The position numbers were made by a program, and so were the translations under genes. Below the pieces are notes generated by a model, which did no database searches, had not been told where the DNA came from, and was given only the letters and a program-made list of their open reading frames with translations. DNA of 64,000 bases from a virus (lineage: Duplodnaviria > Caudoviricetes): positions 95-64,094 of IMG/VR virus record IMGVR_UViG_3300043449_000929, one strand, 5' to 3'. This document shows positions 38,878 through 46,247 of the stretch, one piece after another (position 1 is the first letter of the stretch; every line of letters begins with the position of its first letter).

Positions 38878-39035
38878 CAGTCTTCTCCACAATAATCAGC
38901 TTCAACTGACTACCATTCATCGAAGATGCGGAAAAATAAGACTGCCGATATTTTTTACGCCTCGGACACGGGCGGACGTTTCGAGCGTGACTGCTGAACC
39001 TACTGTCAGACGGCTAGTTCACGTTACGCTCGAAC

Positions 39036-39263
39036 TCAGGCACCCCAGTAACACCCGCCTTCGTTGGCGTAAAATGCGGCAACCCGCTCAAAACGCCAAA
39101 CAATCTGGCGAACACGATCTGGGCTTTTCAGGCCGTGACTATTAGCAATTGAACGGTAAGTTTCTCCGTTCATACGCTGCTCCCACATGCGCTTGTTACG
39201 GTCATACAAAAGAGCAATCTTCTCTTCAGTCCAACCACCAGCAGGGTTAGGCGCAAACTTCAT
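39036..39263 (-). CDS. Small HTH protein (sigma region 4-like)
   Basis: RN..MW..RMNGETYRSIA..HG..S..RVRQIV; GGAGAGAGAG RBS. Confidence 0.65.
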   Translation of the reverse strand: MKFAPNPAGGWTEEKIALLYDRNKRMWEQRMNGETYRSIANSHGLKSPDRVRQIVWRFERVAAFYANEGGCYWGA

Positions 39264-39272
39264 CTCTCTCTC

Positions 39273-39806
39273 CTACTTATCCCCCAAGATCAGGTTGATG
39301 CTCAGCCCAACAGCAGCCCCTACAGCCGCACCCTCGTTCTTGTTGTCATACCCAGCCATCCTGAAGATCGTCTTCATCAGGTCAGCCTTCTGAGGAGCCG
39401 GCGTGTCAGGGTCGTGGATCATCCGATGCGCCGTCTTCAGGTTGTCGTCGGCCAGCAACTGAGCCTTCATCTTGAACTCATCAGCAGGCGTCTTGATCAT
39501 CTCACGCCACTGCTCGCACACTTCCTGAAACTCAGGATTGCGCTGTAGCCAGCGCCACTCCTCCGGCGTCAGCCCATACGCCTTGCACACCTTCTCATCC
39601 GTCGTCGCGTGACCTAACGCCACTTCGACAGGAAGCTTCGACGGCCAGCGTTCAATCGACGCGGGGTTGTGCGGGTTAAGTTCGGAGACAACAGGCAGAG
39701 GAGCCGTGCTAATCGCAGGGGGAAGAATGTCGGTCAGCGCAGGCTCGATGGGCTTGACCGTCTTTGGCGGTCGGCCACGACCTCTCTTCGGTGCAGTCGT
39801 CGTCAT
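39273..39806 (-). CDS. Putative terminase small subunit
   Basis: Upstream of terL; HTH-like core; C-terminal LSINLIL strand. Confidence 0.65.
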   Translation of the reverse strand: MTTTAPKRGRGRPPKTVKPIEPALTDILPPAISTAPLPVVSELNPHNPASIERWPSKLPVEVALGHATTDEKVCKAYGLTPEEWRWLQRNPEFQEVCEQWREMIKTPADEFKMKAQLLADDNLKTAHRMIHDPDTPAPQKADLMKTIFRMAGYDNKNEGAAVGAAVGLSINLILGDK

Positions 39807-40318
39807 GCGCAGAGTAAGGGCGTTGATGGCTGGGGCGTCAAATAAGGGGTAGTGAACGCGCAGGAATAATTCCCTGAAAATTCACTAAAAAATTTTTTGG
39901 CAATGCGGTCAGTGGGTTAGGTGTATTTTTGAGGGTTAATTGGAAAAATACCCTGGGGAATTTCTTTGCTCGCTTGAGCTTTGCTATTGCGTAAAAATGG
40001 GAAAAGTTATGGGATGGACCATTAAATAGTATATACAACCACTTATAACCCCCTCGGCCCCTCTGCTCCGGCAAAAGAATTACTTGCCACATACGCGGGC
40101 GGGGCGGCGTTCGGGTCGGGTCGTGGCGCGGCTGGGGGCGTGCGTGACGCCCCACAACTCGGCGCATATGTTTGTTTTTGCTCTCGATCCTGCCGGTTTG
40201 CAGAACCGCCGTAGCGCCTGGGCGGGGCGTTTGTTCGCCTCCCAACCTTGGCTGATGATAATTTATTGTGCAGCCAAGCCAATGCGCTGCCATTAACGCA
40301 CCACCGCGAGAGGACGGA

Positions 40319-40765
40319 ATGTCAATTATCGGCACCGAGTTGGATGACTTGGACCCCGCCACCGACCGCCCGGCCCCGGCAGATGACACACTCACGCCGC
40401 TCGACGTCAGGCTTCGCACCGTTCTTGACGCCATCCCGCTGGCAACGAGGCGCGAGGGATTGACCTTGGAGGCGCTACAGGCCCGGCTGAAGGGGCGACG
40501 CAAGGCGCGTTGTCATCCCGGCGAGCTAGGAGCGGCGCTTGTGAAACTCGGATATGAGCGAAAGAGAGATTGGCGAGTCGGCGCTAGTTATCTCGCGCGC
40601 TGGTATCCGCCCGGCTATGGACCGCAAGGCCGGGAAATGTCGCACCGTGTCATCCGGCGACTGAGATACGAACGCCCCGATTTATTCCCGACCTACGGCG
40701 AGCGATCCAAGCAGGACATGAGAGAGGCGCGCAGACAGGCCGCGCGCGAGCTAGGTCTGATCTAG
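40319..40765 (+). CDS. Hypothetical DNA-binding protein (winged-helix-like)
   Basis: GAGG RBS; LGAALVKLGYERKR. Confidence 0.55.
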   Translation: MSIIGTELDDLDPATDRPAPADDTLTPLDVRLRTVLDAIPLATRREGLTLEALQARLKGRRKARCHPGELGAALVKLGYERKRDWRVGASYLARWYPPGYGPQGREMSHRVIRRLRYERPDLFPTYGERSKQDMREARRQAARELGLI

Positions 40766-41112
40766 CCCGCTTCATTCCACCGCGCCCCGATCTCATCGAG
40801 CGCCCGGCGCACGGCGCACAGTTCGCCCAGCGTCCGAGGATAGCGACCCTGGCCCTCTATCACGGCGCGCTCAAGCGGCCCGAGATACGGAGCTAGGAGA
40901 CGATAGCGCCGGATCACCACCCGCTCAAAGGCGTCCAGCCGGGCCGTGGAGAGGCGACGCGCGTTCCCGGCGTCATTATCCCACCCGTCCGCATAAGAGC
41001 CACTGACGAGCCGTCTATAGGCTCCCGAGAGCGCCGCCCACTTTCGCGCCGTGGCGAACTGCTCGACCGTGATTCGACCGCCCGCCGCCAGCTTTGACAA
41101 TACGCACCGCAT
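40762..41112 (-). CDS. Hypothetical protein
   Basis: GGAGG upstream; L...GRIT..QF..A..W motif. Confidence 0.55.
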   Translation of the reverse strand: MRCVLSKLAAGGRITVEQFATARKWAALSGAYRRLVSGSYADGWDNDAGNARRLSTARLDAFERVVIRRYRLLAPYLGPLERAVIEGQGRYPRTLGELCAVRRALDEIGARWNEAG

Positions 41113-41200
41113 GACAGAAGACCCTCCCGAGACGCCGCGCAGATAGCGTCCAACCAGCTAGGGCTTCGCGTCAAATACGGCTGACCGTGGAGAGCCGTCT

Positions 41201-41515
41201 AATTCTTTCCATTCTTTCCAGCACCCCTACATACATCGAAAAAGATATGGTTAAGCTCAAGTGTATTTTGGAGCTAAACACTTTTGTGCGGAAAGAATGG
41301 AAAGAATGATTTTGAGAGAGAGAGAAAGAATAATAAAAAAATATATATATATAAATACAACTACTTACTACGCCTTACCCCTGTCTATAACGCTTAAGGT
41401 CAAGCGCCATTCTTTCCATTGGAAAGAATTTGGAAAGAAGGAAAGAATTAACCGCAAGCTTTGCATTTATGCGTTCTTTCCCACGGAAAGAATGTCTCCG
41501 GGAAGGAAAGAATAG
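41201..41515. repeat. Iteron-like GGAAAGAA cluster around AT-rich core; candidate replication origin
   Basis: About 11 copies in both orientations flanking taataaaaaaatatatatatataaata. Confidence 0.65.
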
Positions 41516-41626
41516 AGGCGTTGGCGCACTAGACCGCCCGCACAATCTCCCGCCCACATAGCACCCACCCTGCCACGCCTCGCACCGCCCGCGACACTTT
41601 GTCGCACATAAATCTAACTAGCTATA

Positions 41627-41655
41627 TTGACTAGTGAGAAAGGCGGGACTATAAC
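41627..41655 (+). promoter_or_regulatory. sigma70-type early promoter
   Basis: TTGACT-N17-TATAAC directly upstream of the small-gene operon. Confidence 0.8.
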
Positions 41656-41702
41656 TAGTTTTGTTGGACGTTACAGCGTCCCGCACAAAGGAGAGAGAGA
41701 CA

Positions 41703-41981
41703 ATGCGTGACGCTTTCCACTTTTACGCTGATCCCGGCCATGGCTGGCTTCGCGTGACTGAAGACGACCTGGCAGACGTTGGCCTGACCGCCGACAGCTT
41801 CAGCCGTTACAGCTACGTGAACGGCCCGCGCTTCTACCTTGAAGAAGACTGCGACGCCGGTGTGTTCCTCGACGCTTACACCGCCAAGCGTGGCGCGGCC
41901 CCCGTCATTTTTGAACACCACTCAAATGGCGACAGCCTGATCCCCACCTATACGCGCCTTCCTGGCGCAAACCGCACCTAA
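41703..41981 (+). CDS. Early hypothetical protein
   Basis: AGGAGAGAGA RBS; DPGHGWL...YLEEDCDA motif. Confidence 0.8.
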   Translation: MRDAFHFYADPGHGWLRVTEDDLADVGLTADSFSRYSYVNGPRFYLEEDCDAGVFLDAYTAKRGAAPVIFEHHSNGDSLIPTYTRLPGANRT

Positions 41982-41982
41982 A

Positions 41983-42036
41983 GGCCGAAACGGGGGTCCG
42001 CCCCCGTCTTCCCGTGACGCGGGAACTGACGAGGCC
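41983..42036 (+). ncRNA. Hammerhead ribozyme, type II
   Basis: GGCC-GAAA-stem III(CGGGGG/CCCCCG)-UC-stem I(UUCCCG/CGGGAA)-CUGACGA-GGCC; GUC cleavage triplet 42006-42008. Confidence 0.92.
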
Positions 42037-42081
42037 AGCCGTTACAGCGGCGCACCGAGCAGAAAACAGGAGAGAGAGACC

Positions 42082-42975
42082 ATGGCAAAGAGAGACCTAC
42101 ACGCCGAAATCACCGCCCGTATTGTGGCGTTGCTCGACGCTGGCACGATCCCGTGGCGCAAGCCCTGGAGCGAGACCAACACCGGCTTTGGCGCCATGCC
42201 GCGCAACGCCGTGACGCGCCGCGCCTACTCCGGCGCGAATGTCGTTCTGTTGTGGGCTACGGCCCAGGAACGCGGCTATGAACAGCCCCGGTGGGCGACG
42301 TTCAAGCAGATCGCAGAAGCGGGCGGCAACGTCCGCAAGGGCGAGAAGTCAACGCCGGTTATCTATACGAGCAGCATCGAGAAGACCGACGAGGAGACCG
42401 GCAAGCTTCGCCGCATCGCCTTTCTCAAATCCTTCAACGTCTTCAACATCGCGCAGTGTGACAACGTGGACGCTCTACAGGAAGAACGCGCGCCGCGCAT
42501 TATCAACCCCGGCCAGCGCGACGAGATCGCGGAAGGCTTCATCGCCTCGACCGGCGCGGAAGTCAGGCACGGCGAGGCGCGCGCCTACTACACGACAGCG
42601 GGAGACTATATCAACCTCCCGATGTTCGAGAGCTTCACCAGCGCGCCGGAATACTACAGCACCGCCTTTCACGAGCTGACCCACTGGACCGGCGCATCGC
42701 ACCGGCTCAACCGGGAATTTGGCAAGCGCTTTGGCGATCATTCCTACGCCGCCGAGGAACTTGTCGCGGAACTTGGCTCAGCGTTCGTTTGCGCCGAGTT
42801 CGGTCTGGACAACCACACCTTGGACAATTCCGCAGCCTACATTGCGTCATGGAAAAAGCGCCTCACGGAGAACGATAAGTTGTTTGTCGCCGCCGCCTCC
42901 CACGCATCCAAGGCCGTTGACTTCATGCGCGGCCTCGCTCTTGAGGCCGACACAGAGGAGCCAATCGCAGCATGA
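42082..42975 (+). CDS. ardC: ArdC-family antirestriction / ssDNA-binding protein with zincin-like domain
   Basis: PWRKPW, YSGAN, WATFKQ, VRKGEK, FNVFNIAQ, HELTHWTG, YAAEELVAE. Confidence 0.92.
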   Translation: MAKRDLHAEITARIVALLDAGTIPWRKPWSETNTGFGAMPRNAVTRRAYSGANVVLLWATAQERGYEQPRWATFKQIAEAGGNVRKGEKSTPVIYTSSIEKTDEETGKLRRIAFLKSFNVFNIAQCDNVDALQEERAPRIINPGQRDEIAEGFIASTGAEVRHGEARAYYTTAGDYINLPMFESFTSAPEYYSTAFHELTHWTGASHRLNREFGKRFGDHSYAAEELVAELGSAFVCAEFGLDNHTLDNSAAYIASWKKRLTENDKLFVAAASHASKAVDFMRGLALEADTEEPIAA

Positions 42976-43059
42976 CGTTTGCCTTTTGGGGGCGGGACCG
43001 AACATCCCGCCGCCCAATGGGGAACCGTTACAGCGGGACCACAGAAGGAGAGAGAGACC

Positions 43060-43482
43060 ATGGGACTCGATATGTATCTAAACGGAAGGCTTTCTATCAT
43101 TCCGAAACGGGACGACAGCGAGCAAAAAATCGACGGGAAGCGAGTCAAGGAAATAACCGTTGAGTTAGGATACTGGCACAAACATCCCGATTTGCATGGA
43201 TATATCGTCAACACTTTCGCGGGCGGGGATGACAATTGCCAAGCAATCCGCCTCGACCGGGAAGACGTTGAAAAGATCATATCCGCCATCGAGAACGACG
43301 ACTTAGCCCACGGGACGGAAGGATTTTTTTTCGGGAAATCCTACCAACCCGGCGAAACAAACGAATACGGATCATACGAAGATCAGAAAAAGGACGATCT
43401 AGAAATCTTCAAATCAGCCATCGAATGGTTGAAAAATGAAGACGATAAAAACTGGCGCGATATTGAATACGAAGCCAGTTAG
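43060..43482 (+). CDS. Early hypothetical protein (MGLDMYL family)
   Basis: MGLDMYL...ELGYWHKHPDLHG...GFFFG; strong RBS. Confidence 0.85.
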   Translation: MGLDMYLNGRLSIIPKRDDSEQKIDGKRVKEITVELGYWHKHPDLHGYIVNTFAGGDDNCQAIRLDREDVEKIISAIENDDLAHGTEGFFFGKSYQPGETNEYGSYEDQKKDDLEIFKSAIEWLKNEDDKNWRDIEYEAS

Positions 43483-43574
43483 TGAGCCTCACACCCTGCC
43501 CATCAGCAACGGTGGGCAGACTGGGAAGCTTACAGGCAACCCCCGCTTTACAGAGCGGAGACAGGAGAGAGAAC

Positions 43575-43670
43575 ATGCAATCGACCTTGCTTATCATGGA
43601 AGCGACCGCCGCCGCCATCCTGACGACCGTTTACGCGCAGCCGGTGGTTGCGTGGCTTATCGCGAAGTAA
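43575..43670 (+). CDS. Small hydrophobic peptide (31 aa)
   Basis: Preceded by TTACAG hairpin and AGGAGAGAG. Confidence 0.55.
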   Translation: MQSTLLIMEATAAAILTTVYAQPVVAWLIAK

Positions 43671-43680
43671 GGGGCCGACG

Positions 43681-43863
43681 ATGTATTACACCTACAGCAG
43701 GCACCGCAGCAGGGACGCCGCCGAGTCCGCACTGGAGGAGTATTTCGCGACCGGAGAAGTCAGCGACGGAGAATGGCCGCGCATTAAATATGAGCGAAGC
43801 CGTGGTTGGTTAGTCCAGTTCTACGACTGGACATATCCGACCTTTGAAGCGCCGACACGCTGA
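43681..43863 (+). CDS. Early hypothetical protein
   Basis: AAGGGG upstream; 60 aa. Confidence 0.6.
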   Translation: MYYTYSRHRSRDAAESALEEYFATGEVSDGEWPRIKYERSRGWLVQFYDWTYPTFEAPTR

Positions 43864-43951
43864 GCCTCACGCCGGGGGCGGGTGACGCCGCCCCCCACGG
43901 GAAGCTTAGGCGACCTGCCGTCTTACAGGACGGTCACACAGGAGAGAGAAC

Positions 43952-44134
43952 ATGCGCAAACAGAAGAACACGACCCGCAAGGCCAAGAACGCCGCCAATA
44001 TGGAATCGACCCATTGGGACTTTTTCCTATACAGCGGCGAATGGTTTGCCCGCCTTTCATTCCCCGACGCTAAGACAGTCCGCAAGCTGTTTCCTGGCGC
44101 CAAGGTGGAAGGGCAAAGTGTTTATTTAGCCTGA
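43952..44134 (+). CDS. Early hypothetical protein
   Basis: Hairpin + AGGAGAGAG RBS. Confidence 0.7.
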   Translation: MRKQKNTTRKAKNAANMESTHWDFFLYSGEWFARLSFPDAKTVRKLFPGAKVEGQSVYLA

Positions 44135-44218
44135 CCCTTTCGGCATAGGGACGGACGCCCGCCCCTATCGCGAAGCGGTCAGCTTCCCGCGTTACAGCGC
44201 GGAATATAGGAGAGAGAG

Positions 44219-44563
44219 ATGATAAACTGCAAGGTTCAAGCAAACGGCGATTTGCTAGTCACAGCCGACAACGAGGCGCGCAACTATATCCGCGAGCATA
44301 TCGAACGCGGCTATTGGACGACGTTTTATGAATTGTTCGAGCCATTCTTTACGAATGGTTCCTATGAGCCGTTCGACGCCGGGAACGCTGATCCTTTTGT
44401 CGGGCTTACAAGCGCACCGTGCATCGCTGAGGCTATCTGTCATCCAGACGAAGGCCCCCGCAAAGTGGATGGCCGTCTATGGTGGTTTCCGAACTACATG
44501 GTTTGCGACCCGCTGGACGAGCTAAAGAATAAGGGCCGCACCGTCTTTGCGCTTGCGGAATAA
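44219..44563 (+). CDS. Early hypothetical protein
   Basis: Hairpin + AGGAGAGAGAG RBS. Confidence 0.8.
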   Translation: MINCKVQANGDLLVTADNEARNYIREHIERGYWTTFYELFEPFFTNGSYEPFDAGNADPFVGLTSAPCIAEAICHPDEGPRKVDGRLWWFPNYMVCDPLDELKNKGRTVFALAE

Positions 44564-44611
44564 CCCCAGCCTATTCCCGCGTTACAGCGCGGAATAAAGG
44601 AGAGAGAAGCC

Positions 44612-44893
44612 ATGAGCGAGCAAATAAACTTTAAGCGCTTCCACAATTTCGAGGCGCGCTACCATCGCAACGGCATTTGCGGCGTTGGGTTCTACGCTTG
44701 CAAATTCCTGTATGTTGACGAGCGAGGACGCGCCATCGACGAAATCATAGCCGCCTACTTTCCCAAAGATGGAGAGACAGCAGAATATTATGCGGTAATG
44801 TCCGATGATATTGGATGCAGATGGCGCGGCGATCATTTCGTTGACGACCTACGCGACGCAATAGAAACCTACGGCGCTTTGGCCCACGCCTGA
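44612..44893 (+). CDS. Early hypothetical protein
   Basis: Hairpin + RBS; YHRNGICGVGF...WRGDHF motif. Confidence 0.8.
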   Translation: MSEQINFKRFHNFEARYHRNGICGVGFYACKFLYVDERGRAIDEIIAAYFPKDGETAEYYAVMSDDIGCRWRGDHFVDDLRDAIETYGALAHA

Positions 44894-44974
44894 CCCCAGC
44901 CTATAGAGCGTCAGTCCCGGCTGGCGCTTTATGGGAAGCGGTTACAGCCGTTTCGTTAGAAGGAGTAGAGAGCA

Positions 44975-45259
44975 ATGAGAAAGATCAGAATAACGGCCAA
45001 GTTCGAGAACAGCCCGCAAACGCTTGGATGGATTGCATGGGTTACGGGGGATGAATACGGGCCGCACTATCTAGGCAACACGCACACTTCTTTTTGTGAA
45101 GCTATAGAAACAGCGGCACGAGTCATTATGTCGCAGAACCCAATGGCACGAATTTCGAGCTATGATCCAACGCCCGCGCAAATGAAAAAAGCAGCGCGCG
45201 CCGTCGCATGGCAAAACGATCAATCGTTTTTTACCCATGACTGGGTGAAAATTCAGTAA
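44975..45259 (+). CDS. Early hypothetical protein
   Basis: Hairpin + AAGGAG RBS. Confidence 0.75.
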   Translation: MRKIRITAKFENSPQTLGWIAWVTGDEYGPHYLGNTHTSFCEAIETAARVIMSQNPMARISSYDPTPAQMKKAARAVAWQNDQSFFTHDWVKIQ

Positions 45260-45271
45260 GGAGCCACGCCA

Positions 45272-45487
45272 ATGCGTAAACTTATAACCGCCGCCGCCTT
45301 CCTGGCCGCGACCGCTGCTAACGCCGGTTACTTATATGAGCCGCCGCAGATCAGCCCATACGAGCGGAACCAGCGCCAAATGCAGCAACAGCTCGACGAC
45401 ATACAAAGGATGCAGCAGCTCCAAATCATGCGGCAGCAGGAACAGCTAGAGCAGCAGCGCCGGGATATGATGCTTTTTGGACGCTAA
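45272..45487 (+). CDS. Small secreted Gln-rich protein
   Basis: Signal peptide MRKLITAAAFLAATAANA; AAGGAG RBS. Confidence 0.7.
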   Translation: MRKLITAAAFLAATAANAGYLYEPPQISPYERNQRQMQQQLDDIQRMQQLQIMRQQEQLEQQRRDMMLFGR

Positions 45488-45494
45488 ACAAACC

Positions 45495-45527
45495 GCCCCC
45501 GGCAGTTACAGCTACCGGGGGCTTTTT
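45495..45527 (+). terminator. Rho-independent terminator whose loop is TTACAG
   Basis: GCCCCCGGCAG-TTACAG-CTACCGGGGGC-TTTTT. Confidence 0.8.
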
Positions 45528-45583
45528 CAGCGCACGCAGACGGAGAGAGAGACTCGAAATCCGCGCGGCCAGGATGCTATATC

Positions 45584-45784
45584 ATGACAATGAGCCTAGA
45601 AGCCAAGGAATATATGCGGCGCAGCCGGGACAAACGCCAAGCCCAAGGCGGGAAGCAAGTCGCCGTTATGCTTACACCGGAAGAAAACGCCGCCCTTGAA
45701 AAACTCAAGTCAAAGCTAGGGTTAAACGCCCGCGACTCTATCGGCAAGGCGCTACTGGACGCCGCCCGTCGCGTTAAAATCTGA
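45584..45784 (+). CDS. Small basic DNA-binding protein (ribbon-helix-helix-like)
   Basis: GGKQVAVMLTPEE..AL..LK pattern. Confidence 0.65.
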   Translation: MTMSLEAKEYMRRSRDKRQAQGGKQVAVMLTPEENAALEKLKSKLGLNARDSIGKALLDAARRVKI

Positions 45785-45830
45785 ACAAGCCCAGGCCCAG
45801 CTCGTTTCGTCCCGGCCAGCCAAAAAACAG

Positions 45831-45874
45831 ACCGCCCCGTGTTCGCCCTCACATGCGCGCGGGGCGGTTTTTTT
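45831..45874. terminator. Probable bidirectional terminator between convergent units
   Basis: ACCGCCCCG...CGGGGCGGT followed by T run, A run upstream. Confidence 0.7.
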
Positions 45875-46058
45875 ATTCCGCGCGTTTTCCAATCACCGCA
45901 TAAAGATGGTCTATCTCGGAATAGTATTCCTCAATAACCTCCTCTGCCCGCGCCAAATTGATCTGCGCGTCCCTCGCGCGCCGCGCCTGTTCTACGTGAT
46001 CGTAGCGGTTATCGTGCAGCTTCTTCCAGATCGCAGTCTCGACTTCAACAGTTCCCAT
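45873..46058 (-). CDS. Hypothetical protein
   Basis: 61-aa helical ORF at end of replication operon. Confidence 0.5.
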   Translation of the reverse strand: MGTVEVETAIWKKLHDNRYDHVEQARRARDAQINLARAEEVIEEYYSEIDHLYAVIGKRAE

Positions 46059-46247
46059 CGCAGCCCCCTACCGCACTCTCGACAAATCTTCTCGGACGCA
46101 CGCCACGCGAACGCCATCAAAGATGGCTATTATCAATCCGCTGCAAATTGACTCGACAAAGCCGCAATCGCCATTGCGGAACCGACCGAATATCGTGCAG
46201 CGTTTCAATCTCACCCTATCCCCAACATTTAGCCTCACGCCAAACTC

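Larger units (their letters stand above)
41666..45527 (+). repeat. Nine dispersed TTACAG-loop hairpins with co-varying stems
   Basis: Loops start at 41671, 42042, 43028, 43548, 43923, 44192, 44582, 44942, 45506; all intergenic. Confidence 0.92.

Noticed and set aside
39838-40503. 221-aa minus-strand ORF, and the small ORFs at 41261-41557
   Set aside because: Low-complexity translations across AT-tract and iteron DNA with no RBS or recognisable motif
43480-43482. Genome-wide TAG recoding
   Set aside because: Long genes are intact under the standard code and several end at TAG; the single case is better explained as a point mutation
41666-45527. Canonical integron
   Set aside because: No IntI adjacent, core does not match GTTRRRY, and the only tyrosine recombinase is tied to the tRNA attP; kept only as a loose analogy
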